A DNA stretch of 47,618 nucleotides, the filler included, from Dimargaris cristalligena (taxonomy: Eukaryota): the NCBI GenBank assembly GCA_003614675.1. It is 2 parts of 2 records of this genome, joined end to end, with 100 filler letters (N's around TTAATTAATTAA, not from the genome) between each part and the next. Parts side by side here need not be neighbours in the genome. Positions count along the whole stretch, not along the records: positions 1 to 23,793 come from ML002604.1; positions 23,894 to 47,618 come from ML002605.1. The stretch is one strand, 5' to 3'. The first letter of the stretch is position 1; every line of letters begins with the position of its first letter. The notes below the pieces were generated by a model. It was given only the letters and a program-made list of their open reading frames with translations. It was not told where the DNA came from and did not search any database. Below are positions 23,285 to 33,585 of this stretch, in pieces. The position numbers and the translations under genes are program-made.

Positions 23285-23793
23285 CAGAATTACGGGATAC
23301 TAGTCTTCGGTTGAGATCCACCGACTGCCCTCGCCCCAACTACTATTCGGTCAATACTCCCCCACTGATCTCCGTCCTGTTAAGCCCGCTGCACCAGCTC
23401 CATGGGCGGCATCTAACACCGACGGTGGTGTATAATTTCCCATTCCCGTCGGCTCCAGCACTACATGGTTTTAATTAGCCCCTCCAATATCAACCATCAT
23501 CAACAAATCAGTGTAGCTCCTTACTAACTCAAGACTAACATTTTATTTTTCCCTTTGGCAAATTCACTGTATCGACAGAGTGGCTAGACTATCCCACTCT
23601 GTGATTCCTGTCGCCCCTCCTAATCCGTCCTAATCCAACCGATATGACCACCGTCATATCAGGCCGTATAGCGCCATAGTATACCCCCCGGCCCTAACCA
23701 GGCCGAACATCATTGATAGCCCTTAACCGGCCAGGCCCCCCGGAGTTCGCACTAATCACTCGTAGGTGATCTTAGTGCCTTCCAATTCCCATG

Positions 23794-23893
23794 NNNNNNN
23801 NNNNNNNNNNNNNNNNNNNNNNNNNNNNNNNNNNNNNTTAATTAATTAANNNNNNNNNNNNNNNNNNNNNNNNNNNNNNNNNNNNNNNNNNNN
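23794..23893. other. Assembly gap with synthetic six-frame-stop linker
   Basis: 44 N + TTAATTAATTAA (23838-23849) + 44 N = exactly 100 nt, the form of an artificial contig spacer. Confidence 0.95.
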
Positions 23894-25723
23894 AGGACAT
23901 TGTCTGTCACAGAAGCTCCCCTGTTTATCAATACTTGTCACTATATTATGCAGACCCCTAGGAACAATTTCATATTCCAAATAGGCCAAATGTGTGAATA
24001 GCCAGTGGCAGGCCCTGTTTTCATGTTAGCTATTTTATATAGAGTACAATATAAAAAATGAAATTAATAATTTAAGTCTTGCAATTGCAATAGGGTTTAT
24101 GTTAAAAAATCAATGATACTGTTGTTGGCCCACCTAATCCTTCCTAATACAGGAATACTGATCGTCCCATCCTATCTTGCCTTATTGTGCCATATTACCC
24201 CCCCCCCTCTTTGCTATATAACCTACTATGTCTGGGTCCCAATACTTCTCATGCAATACTTCACCGGCTGATCCAATGTTCCTCCTTTCCCAGTAGAGTC
24301 TTCCGAAAGCAAGCCCACCCAGTCAAGACTCCAACTTTTACCTCTTCTTTAGTCATCCCATTCTCTTAGGGACCTCTTGTTCTGAGTGGTCCCCATGTAT
24401 AAATAACTGGGGCCCTCTGGGACCAGTTCAGCTTGGCAGCTTATTCCTATCCCCCAGTTTACCTCAATAAACTCTATATACACTCACCCCCCTTATACTA
24501 ACTAGTAAGTGTGCCTGCTGCACATCCCTGACATTTACCTGCTTCTGTCCTTTATTGGTTAGTACTACACCCCCATCCTAATGCTAGTAGCCCACTTGGC
24601 CAAGTCTAGGCCCAACCTACCATTAGAAGCCTATCCTCAGGACTCTTAATGGACTAAGAGTGGTTAACCTGAGTGAGACTATTACATGTAAAAAGTAATA
24701 AATAACCCTAAATAGTGTCCTGAGTGTGGGTCAATGACTGTGTGGTATGGACTCAGCAGGAAGGATGAAACTAGGTCCTATCCCTGAGTGCTGCAATAGG
24801 GTTAGGTATTATTTAGAGGAGAAATCCGCAGTGCTGGCCTATTTATCCAACTTTTTCATGATACAGTGCATACTATTTATTCAGAATGACCAAGGGCCTG
24901 AAAATAAAACCCGTAAAGTTGATGTCCAAGATGTCATTTTTGACCTGGGGGAGTCAATGGCCTGAAATCGGGCAATATAAAGGCCATATTAAACGAATAA
25001 GTACAAGGCCCATTTGGGCAACCAACCTAAGTCATCCTATAAGATTTAATCACTAAAAAGGAAACGCCGGGCGAGGTCAACTTAAATGTGGCAATTCATT
25101 TGGCTCACCACACTGAAAATGGGTACTGCCATACAATTATGCTACGGAATCCGGGATTATTCCTACAGGCTGTCTACCAAAGTAGCACCCATGGGCCGTT
25201 CCTTTTTCACTAGGTCACAGCATATAATAATGTTTTATGTGACTGTTACCCATATGTTTCTGGTACTACAACTTCCCATATTTTGGACTATAATCTACGA
25301 GTAAATCAAGGCCGCTTCTTAGATATTATCCAGCTTAAAGTCCCCATTAGTTTTATAGTACCTAAAAAGCCAGCTGCAAGGACTGTGACCACCGCCACCT
25401 CGCTTATCCAACTACAAAGCAGGCAAGGGCATCGTATCATACTCCAGCCACATGATCCGTTCTCCATCAAAGACTTTTGCATCTTCGGTCAGCTGAGTCG
25501 CCCATCCCTTGCCCCATAGTATGTATTGGGATCGACCGTATTTCCTTTTCAAATCCCCCGGTTTTCTAATCGCTAGTCGCAGATAGCGGGTATGAGCATA
25601 AGAGCCGAGGATGCATTTATATATAAATAAAATAATAAAAAAAGAAATTATAAGAATGATTCTGCAAATCAATTACTTGCATAACTAACAAGTGAGCGGG
25701 TCCTAGGTCCCCTCCCCGGTACT

Positions 25724-27991
25724 CTATCTATTCAACAGAATAGCCGAAACTGGACCGTTAGTAGCCGGGTTCGGGTCCAGGAAGGCCGCAACCTCGTAAT
25801 TTATCTGCAACACGACGCCCAACACCATATTCAAATCAGCTTCCACGCGGGGATCCGAATCAATCTGCACAAAATTAACCTGACTCCATGGCATTTTAAA
25901 GGATGATGCTTCCACGGGATCATTTTCCCATTCGGGGTTCAGCGAAAATACCGTCGCCCCGGACCGCTGACCACCGCGGTGAGGGTGGGAGGGTCGACGG
26001 TTCCAGTCCAAGGCCCCTACGGCCAAGAGACCACTGCCCGTAGTGGCTTGGGTGGCCGTTCCCCTGGACGTACCGACCACGCGGTAGCCCGCGGGTAGTC
26101 GAATGAGTAGCGACCACCGGGGACTAAAGGGGTAATTGGTATTGGACCGGGCGCGGACCAGCATGTCGAACCTGTGCTGGCGCGGATTAACGTTAAATTT
26201 GAGAATGTCGATACTGGCATCAACGGCCTGCCGGGCAACACTTTCGGGGAACATGGCTAGTTGCGGAGTGTGGGTGTCAATCAGACTAATCACCGACTGG
26301 GATACTTCGTCCGAACTAGCCTCCTCAGGGGTCGTGAAGAACCCTGGATTGTCCCATGCATCATCCTCACCGGTACCCTCCTCGCCTTCACTTTCCTTCT
26401 CGTCATTTTCGACCTCATTAGCCGGGTTAACCATGGCTTCGTTGACCCAGGCATTGGCATCCACGGCATCGGTACCCGCATGCAGTTGGCTGAGGGGATG
26501 GTGGGGAGGGATCGGTCGGACTCTCGATTCGGCGAAGTTAATGGATGAAAACACATCAACAGGTTCGTTGGGCTGACAGGCCACCACATCACGACCGCCG
26601 ATATAGTCGCACAGAATACCGTCGCCGTTGGGGAAACACGCCGTCTTACGGTCCAGATGACAGGGCCGGATGAGCCAATGGCCAAAGACACACTGAGCGT
26701 AATCGTAGCCGCTGCAGGCGTACTTGTATTCCACGGGACAGGGGGCACCGGGGGCGGGGCACATGACGGAGCGGGAGGGTTTGGTCGGCATCGGTTTGGG
26801 CTCAGGAACCACCACCCCCGTACCTGAATCAGCGGGGGTGGGGGGATACGGAAGGGGTGTCGGAGTGGGGGTAGGGGGACGTGGCCGGGGACGGGGACGA
26901 GGCCGAGGCTGGGGTTGGGGCTGGGATGGTCCCTGGGGCATGTTCTTAAGGTAGTCCGACGTTGCCTGGGCGAAATTGGAGCCACCGGCGAAAGATCCAC
27001 CCGGTGTATTCATTGCCTGGGACGTGTCCCACATCATCACGCCGCCGAACGAATCGAATTTAGCCCTAGTATCGTCCAATACGGGCCGCAACTGGTCCAT
27101 CGTCACAAAACCTGTGGAGGCACCTGTGGGTCCGCCTGGAACCCCAACGTATAGCTTAACGTTCTTGTTAATCGCCTTCGTTTGGGCCCATTCATGCCAG
27201 ACCTGGTAGTTGTAGGCGCTCGGATTGTTGAGGCCGCAGTAGTTGTTGTAGAATTGAATATATAACATATCAAACCAGGCCTTTTCTAAGATGGGTTGCA
27301 TGTAAAAGTCGGGAAAGGCGCACTGGGGGGCCGCTGCGACGTAGTACCGCTTGCGGGCCGCATCGGCTTGGAAATAGCCCCGCAGGGTTTCGATAAAGGC
27401 TGCGTACCCCGTCGGGCTGCCCCCTTCAATGTCCAGGTCGATTCCGTCCAAGATCACGTCGCCGAGCGGACGTAGCGATGCCTGGGAATTTGAAGGCGGA
27501 CCGTCCGGGGGGTAATCCAGTCCGCCGGCGAAAAACATATTCCAAATCGTGCGGGCGAATTGGCGGCCTTCATCGTTGCTTCGAAATCCGTAGAGCCCCA
27601 CCGCACCACCGAGAGATAACAAAACGGCTTTGCCCTTGGCCTGGCAGGTCTTGATACCCCGTGCGATACTGGGACAGCGGAGTAGTTCGGAACCCGGGAA
27701 AGTGGTCTTGCACTGGTCGGAAAAGTCCAGGACGGGGGGTTTATTAGTTCCGGCGTTGAAAATTTGCAGGAACGCGAGTACGAACACGTCGGAAGGGGAA
27801 TCATTTTGGCAATACTCTTCGAGGCTACGCTCGGCCCCACCGGCACCCGGGTGGGTGACCCCGTAGGAGTTTTGCCCCCAGTAGGTAACTAGATTGGAAC
27901 TGCTGTCCAGGTCAAAGGCGGCGGTGCTGGCTGTTAAGGCCCAGCTGGCCAAAGCGGCCACTGAAAGAGTTCGAGTAGCCCAGTGGCGCAT
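25724..27991 (-). CDS. Secreted GH18 class III (Cts1/hevamine-like) endochitinase with CBM19-type module and C-terminal domain, 755 aa
   Basis: Signal peptide; YWGQNS; LSLGGA; catalytic DxxDxDxE (DVILDGIDLDIEGG); AAPQC, IQFYNNYC and GGVMMWD; Pro-rich linker; Cys-rich module at ~26761-26606; acidic spacer; C-terminal domain. Intronless. Confidence 0.95.
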   Translation of the reverse strand: MRHWATRTLSVAALASWALTASTAAFDLDSSSNLVTYWGQNSYGVTHPGAGGAERSLEEYCQNDSPSDVFVLAFLQIFNAGTNKPPVLDFSDQCKTTFPGSELLRCPSIARGIKTCQAKGKAVLLSLGGAVGLYGFRSNDEGRQFARTIWNMFFAGGLDYPPDGPPSNSQASLRPLGDVILDGIDLDIEGGSPTGYAAFIETLRGYFQADAARKRYYVAAAPQCAFPDFYMQPILEKAWFDMLYIQFYNNYCGLNNPSAYNYQVWHEWAQTKAINKNVKLYVGVPGGPTGASTGFVTMDQLRPVLDDTRAKFDSFGGVMMWDTSQAMNTPGGSFAGGSNFAQATSDYLKNMPQGPSQPQPQPRPRPRPRPRPPTPTPTPLPYPPTPADSGTGVVVPEPKPMPTKPSRSVMCPAPGAPCPVEYKYACSGYDYAQCVFGHWLIRPCHLDRKTACFPNGDGILCDYIGGRDVVACQPNEPVDVFSSINFAESRVRPIPPHHPLSQLHAGTDAVDANAWVNEAMVNPANEVENDEKESEGEEGTGEDDAWDNPGFFTTPEEASSDEVSQSVISLIDTHTPQLAMFPESVARQAVDASIDILKFNVNPRQHRFDMLVRARSNTNYPFSPRWSLLIRLPAGYRVVGTSRGTATQATTGSGLLAVGALDWNRRPSHPHRGGQRSGATVFSLNPEWENDPVEASSFKMPWSQVNFVQIDSDPRVEADLNMVLGVVLQINYEVAAFLDPNPATNGPVSAILLNR

Positions 27992-28205
27992 GATTAACGT
28001 AGATTTATACCAATTCGATATATATATATAAAGCTAATAATATCAGGTAGGAGTCCGAGAAGAATAGACCGATTAGTAATTGGGAGTGGTACGCTGACGC
28101 GGCCTGACAGGACCAACAGTGTTGCAAAGATTACCAAGTAGTGAGAGATTAACGAGGGACGGAGTAAGATGCGAAACGGATCACAACTGATGTCGTTCCG
28201 GGGGG

Positions 28206-28212
28206 TTTTATA
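28206..28212 (-). promoter_or_regulatory. Candidate TATA box of the chitinase gene
   Basis: TATAAAA about 215 nt upstream of ATG 27991. Confidence 0.35.
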
Positions 28213-29204
28213 TCTGAACACCGAAGCGGTGCAGACGGCCTCGATTTGCAATGGCGTCTATTTGTCGGTGACTATCCAAATACCCCGCATACTATTCCGC
28301 CCCTGAGAATTCCATAGCCGGAGCAGTGGTATCACGAGGATATCGCACGATATACCCAATCTGCCCAGCAGCCGGTGCCTCTACAACCCATTAATATTAA
28401 ATACTGTCATAGTATTTTTTTAAAAAAATAAAAAGTGGTATTCTTAATTAGGATAAAACATAATCTCTATAAATTCTCCGTAAATCCGGTTGCGCCAATA
28501 AACAGGGTACTGGCCAACGTGGGGGGAGAGTATTTACCATGTTATTTGTAGACTCGCCCCTGGCATAATTTACTGATGGGGTGATTTAATGTATCGGATA
28601 ATAGCGGCAATTCCGAGGAACCCTCCCTACAGCTAAAGTGCGTAGGCTATTACGCTGCCGTCGCTGTTGATTTGGAAATCAATAGTTATGGAAAGAATCA
28701 CCTGTGCCCCTGGTCAGCTGTTCAGGCCTAAGCATTGCCAAGCTTTAAAGGAACCGGTAGAAGGGGTAGAAATGTACAAGCAATAGTATTAGTCTCACAT
28801 GAACTGTCAACCCCTGGAATAATAAGCACGGACAAATAGCTTCTAACCGAATTTGAAGGAACAAGTCGAGGTGTACCCCCCCAGTCCACTCACCGAGTTG
28901 CTTAGAGAAGGCCACTGTGAGGACCCACTTATAGTTTTACCAACATATCCAATATACCAATTCTTTAATGGGCTTTAACTGTGACTATTCGTGGTGCACG
29001 GATTATTAGCTTGTTGGTGGGACTGAATAGTAAGTCGAAAACGATTAACGGTAAGTATTTTAAGGCCAGCGAAGTAGTTAGATAAAAGCACATATTTAGA
29101 GGAAGCTCCAAGCTAAAGGAGTTGAGAGTTTCCTATTGAATTCTATACCCTATTTGGGTATATGGTTTTTTGAAAAGAAAAATGGTGGTTGACAAAACGA
29201 TAAA

Positions 29205-29289
29205 GAGCTGCCTAGAAATTGAATCCGGGTCAATTTTATGTACAGGTTCACTAAAAATGCCTTTAACCGCTCGATAGAAAGGGCGCCTC
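29205..29289 (-). pseudogene. Degenerate tRNA-like sequence
   Basis: GAGGCGC-CCTTT-CTATCGAGCGGTT-AAAGG-C-ATTTT-(16-nt loop)-AAAAT-TGAC-CCGGA-TTCAATT-TCTAG-GCAGCTC. D-loop-like AGCGGTTA, T-loop-like TTCAATT, acceptor 5/7 paired. Not a canonical tRNA. Confidence 0.35.
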
Positions 29290-29323
29290 GTAGTTGCCCT
29301 TTTTCCTCAGGATGTATAGTCAT

Positions 29324-31363
29324 TTATAGCTGCGACGTGTTTAAGTCCACGCTAGAGAGTAGTGAAGACAGATCAGGGGAGCAAATGAAGCGGTCTTGAA
29401 TGGGCCCCATAACAAATGATTGGTTATTACGGGTATCCACCGCCACCAGTTGCTGCATAAATCCGCAGTTACTTCCGGAGCCGACCTAGGGAGATTAGAT
29501 ATAGCCAGGGTGATATTGGGATAACATGAGGTTGTATGTTAATTTCGGTCAACAATTCAAGTGTCCGAGTTCAAAAAGCACAGCGAAGTCTCTTGGTAAG
29601 AAACAATACCGATAATGGCAATATATCCCCCCCACTTAACCAGGTCCAAACGACGGAGATGAATTGCCCTTCGCTACTCCTGTAATCGATCTCGCCTCGG
29701 CCTGGGCTATTTTACATTCCCCCTCACAGGCTATTCCAGCGGAGCTAACTTAGTCCAGGGCCAACGAAGCGAACTACAACAAAGGGTTGGGGATGGAGGT
29801 TAAATAAAGGAGGGAAGGCAATGCTGTAAACGGGCTTAAGAATAAGTACTTACATTGAAAGTGACGTTGCCAATACGCAATTCGACGCGGCCCGATTCGT
29901 AGACGCGCAACTTGCCGATCTGACCATCCTTAACGGGCTCGGTCTCTGCGGGTGCTGGGGTGGACTGGTCGGAAGTTTCGGGCGGATTCTCCACCCCCGG
30001 TTCAGTTTTAATGGCCACATCAGGTACATCCTCGGATGTGCCCGGCTCGGCCTTAATTTCAACAGCGTCTTCCACCTCAACAGGGTTATCTACATCCATA
30101 CCATCGGAGGAAGAGGACTCGGACGGGATGGTAGTCGGGGCTGGAATGGTGAAATCACCCAACATGCTGGGGAACTGGAAAAAGACCAGGCGTTCGTCGG
30201 AATCCTCGGGGACCTCCTAAAGGGTAGAATAGAGTGGGTAAACGGGCCAGCCGGACCAAATATCGTTAGTTGAATTAAATCAGATGCCAGTCGCTGATGG
30301 ACATTAATATATACTAAAGTTACAGACATAGGCCATGGCAGAACAATGAATCACGAATGTATATGGGAGAAAAAGAAAACCTGGGAAGTGGGATCAAGAG
30401 ACCTACCTTAGCCTTAATGATTGATTGCGTGAACACAAACGCCGGGGATTCGGTATCCAGTTCCTTGATCTCGGCCTCGTTCTTCATTTCCTCCACCGGT
30501 TCATCCGTGGGCTCGTCCTTAACGACAATGCCATCCCCATCGGCCTCCTTCTTAACGGTGGCATTGGTCGAGGAAGATGTAGTCTCCGCGGTGCCCCTAC
30601 TGGTGCCGGTGCCGGTACCGGAGCCCCCACCCCCACCGCTCCGTTTGCCTTCACTTTGGGATTCGGATTTGACCTTCACCTTGCTTTCGGTTTTGGTGTC
30701 TTCCTCTCTGATGGTCTGGATCAGCACAGGCGCATTGTACTCGGCGTCCCGGATAAAGAATTCGGTATCGAGGGTCAAATCCTCCTCGACTTCGTAACCG
30801 GCCTCGCCGCCGTTGTACATGTCCTGCATTTGGCTATTCCGGAACCCCCCGGCCAGACCCATACCTCCGGAGCGGCGGGGGTTAAACGCCGCCGGCCCCA
30901 TGGAGAAGGGACCCGAGGCGATCAGTTCGGGGGCATCCCCCCCTCGACCGCGGCCTCGACCACGACCTCTACCCCCGCGGTCACCACCCCGTCCGCGGCC
31001 GCGACCGCGACCACGACCACGGTGCCCGTCGTCCAGACCCAGCAGCGAAGAAGGACCACCCGCCCCGCTTCCGGACGCATCGGCGGGCACTTCCCGTTTG
31101 ATGCGTCGGGTGGGGACGGTAGGGGTAAACTTTAGTCTTTCCGAACCCCCGCGGGTGAGCTGCCGACCGCCTGATCCGCGAAGCGAGGCTAGACGACCGG
31201 CTGGGGGGGCGCCCGCTGCTGCGGCTGGTGCATCGGTAGGGGTGGAGGCGGATGTCGAAGCGGCCCCACCTCTGGCACGGGGCCGGGTGGGAATGGTGGG
31301 CCGAATGCGGGTGGCAGGGCGGGTGGGTTTGGATTCGGGTTTGGAGCCGTCGGGATCAGACAT
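29324..31363 (-). CDS. RPC53: RNA polymerase III subunit RPC4/C53; 3 exons, ~493 aa
   Basis: Exons 31363-30407, 30216-29854, 29485-29324, all phase 0 (GTAGGT…TAG; GTAAGT…CTAAT…TAG). Motifs LKFTPTVPTRR, ASGPFSMGPA, LVFFQFPSML and the RPC4 domain GQIGKLRVYESGRVELRIGNVTFNVGSGSNCGFMQQLVAVD…FICSPD. Confidence 0.93.
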
Positions 31364-32082
31364 TGTGGACAATTGAAAGGAGAAAAATTATAAATATACG
31401 AAAATAGTACCAGTTAAAAAGTAAGCGGGTGGGGGAGGTTTTCAGAGGGGGAGCAGCAGTGGGGCATATGGCAAAGGGTAACACAAACCGAAGTAGCGGC
31501 AGCCTTTTGGGGATGAAGGGGGTTTTACCACAGGCGTATATAAGAATGGTGTACCCAAAAACAGGTGTCTCTGCCTACTTGGGCAATGTGCCTTTCTATA
31601 GGATTTTTTTACCTATTGCAGAGGTATTATTGACCAACTGTGACTATTATTAACGAGGGTGTTGCTTGGAAAAAATAGTTGGCTGTCTGTTCGAAAAATA
31701 TACACACACGCACTTAGCCTATAATATTAGGTGTGATGGCCATCCACAGCACAGCGTTAGGATATACCAACCCCCCTTCCTATTTAAACTATTGCTTAGT
31801 AGACAACTTAGTCCTATCCCCGTAAGCAGTACACAGAAGTCGACCATAACCAGAGCCCATGGACTTGACGAATGCCGCTGAATGTATCCCATAGCCCAAT
31901 GTGTTTGACGTGGGTCAAATGTGCATTGGTCGCACCTTCACAAACGGAATGTGCTCAGCTCTGTTCATAGCAGACGGGGTATTCGGTAGCATTTAAAAAT
32001 TATGTGACCAATATAGCACAACGCAGCAGCTGCCAGCAACCAGTTGGGTTTTTTGTATGCATTCCCAGCCCGACGCTCGGCA

Positions 32083-32115
32083 AAGTGGGGTAAGTGGGGT
32101 AAGTGGGGTAAGTGG
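32083..32115. repeat. Tandem 9-mer (AAGTGGGGT)x3 plus partial copy
   Basis: Directly visible perfect repeats. Confidence 0.85.
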
Positions 32116-32456
32116 CTTGTTAACAAGTAATAGTAAAGTCCCTGTCAGCTATACTACCATTTACATACTCCACACCCAATCCCATCAATCGTATATTAGG
32201 GTTAAACCGCAATTACTGCATTGGACTTGTTTATAATGACTTTTTCTTTCATCTAAATCCATCTGCAGGTGTAATTGGGTTCTGCCATATACATCAAAAT
32301 ATTGTGGTGGATGTATCTAATAATGGAGATAAAGCTATTAACCAGCTGCCAGGCTGATTCTCGATCGTTTGTTTCAATTTAATCGAAAACTATGAACCAT
32401 TTAACTAATCATTCCGAATTACCGGATTAGAACCCTATCTGGGTGTTTATGAATTA

Positions 32457-32600
32457 ATATGGGTGAAATCTGACCCAGCTGTATAAGGCTTTAAATGATA
32501 CGTGTATGTAATACTATATGGGGTATTTATTTTTAACCAGTAGTATTCGCCCCATCTAGCGGATTTTTCGTTATACAGCTCGGTTGAACCTCTCCCATAT
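32457..32600. mobile_element. MITE-like inverted-repeat element, copy D (same orientation as C)
   Basis: ATAT-GGGTGAAATCTGACCCAGCTGTATAAGG…GGATTTTTCGTTATACAGCTCGGTTGAACCTCTCCC-ATAT. Hand count gives 36 mismatches over 146 ungapped positions versus the reverse complement of copy A. Confidence 0.8.
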
Positions 32601-33351
32601 ATACCGCAAAGCCAAGTGGAGGGGTTCCAAATATATATTAACCATGCCTGAAAAGACCAGTGGGCCGTGTAAGTAACTATGTTAGTGGTGATATATTGGT
32701 CAGCCAGCGGAGCGGCTGTATATTTCTTACCAGAATAGGCCCTGTATAATCCGAACTAACGGAGACAGCATCCAACACGGCACAACTGTCGCCAAGACGC
32801 GGCGGCTTGTCCCTACGTATAAACAGGCGAATACCTCACAATTATTACGTGTGCCCAATATAGTATTTTCCGTCTATGCCCTATAGTCCAGTCACCCACC
32901 AATATTATAATATCCCAATTTTGATTTCCTATAAAACCTTCATCGGTACACTATGCTTGGGACTAGCCCCTTTAGTATCTATACCCCATAACCATTTATA
33001 TTTCTAATAGTGAGGAAGTTTATTAACGTTGGTACACAAAAAATGGGGGAAGTGGCTGCGATTCGATCGAAAGAGAATTCCATAGAGAAATTACAATGGA
33101 CGTAGTTGAGAGAATACAGGGGGGGGTAGTGATGGGGGGAAGTAAAGAGGGTGGGTACGGGTGATATAGGGGTTCATTAAATACAAGTGGGTCAAACACA
33201 GCCCCGTAACCAGGGAAATACCCGGGTTATTTGACCCATGTGTAAACGTAGATATAAATTATAATCGCGCCCCTGCATGAAAGGGGAATAAAATAGAATT
33301 CGATAGGAGACATGGTTAAGTAAGGAAGTAAATAATCTAAATGCCTAAAAG

Positions 33352-33381
33352 TATAATATAATATAATATAATATAATATAA
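33352..33381. repeat. (TATAA)n pentanucleotide microsatellite
   Basis: About six tandem TATAA units in the RhoGEF 3' region. Confidence 0.8.
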
Positions 33382-33585
33382 AATAATTATATTATGAATA
33401 ATCTTCAACGAAAAAGCAGCAAATTTGGGCTAGCCATATGCGAAAAGCAAAAACATGAAAAAGGTACTAATACGGTGGGATACAAATTGACAGACGGGCG
33501 GACGAAGACAGAGGCATCTATATTAAAACGGAAATCTACCGAAATGGCCTACTCGTATAATCTCACCTTCCCTCCCACCTCCACT

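Noticed and set aside
23838-23849. TTAATTAATTAA as a biological motif
   Set aside because: Centred within N runs; a synthetic contig linker.
30357-31376. Several plus-strand ORFs over RPC53 exon 1
   Set aside because: GC-rich antisense shadows.
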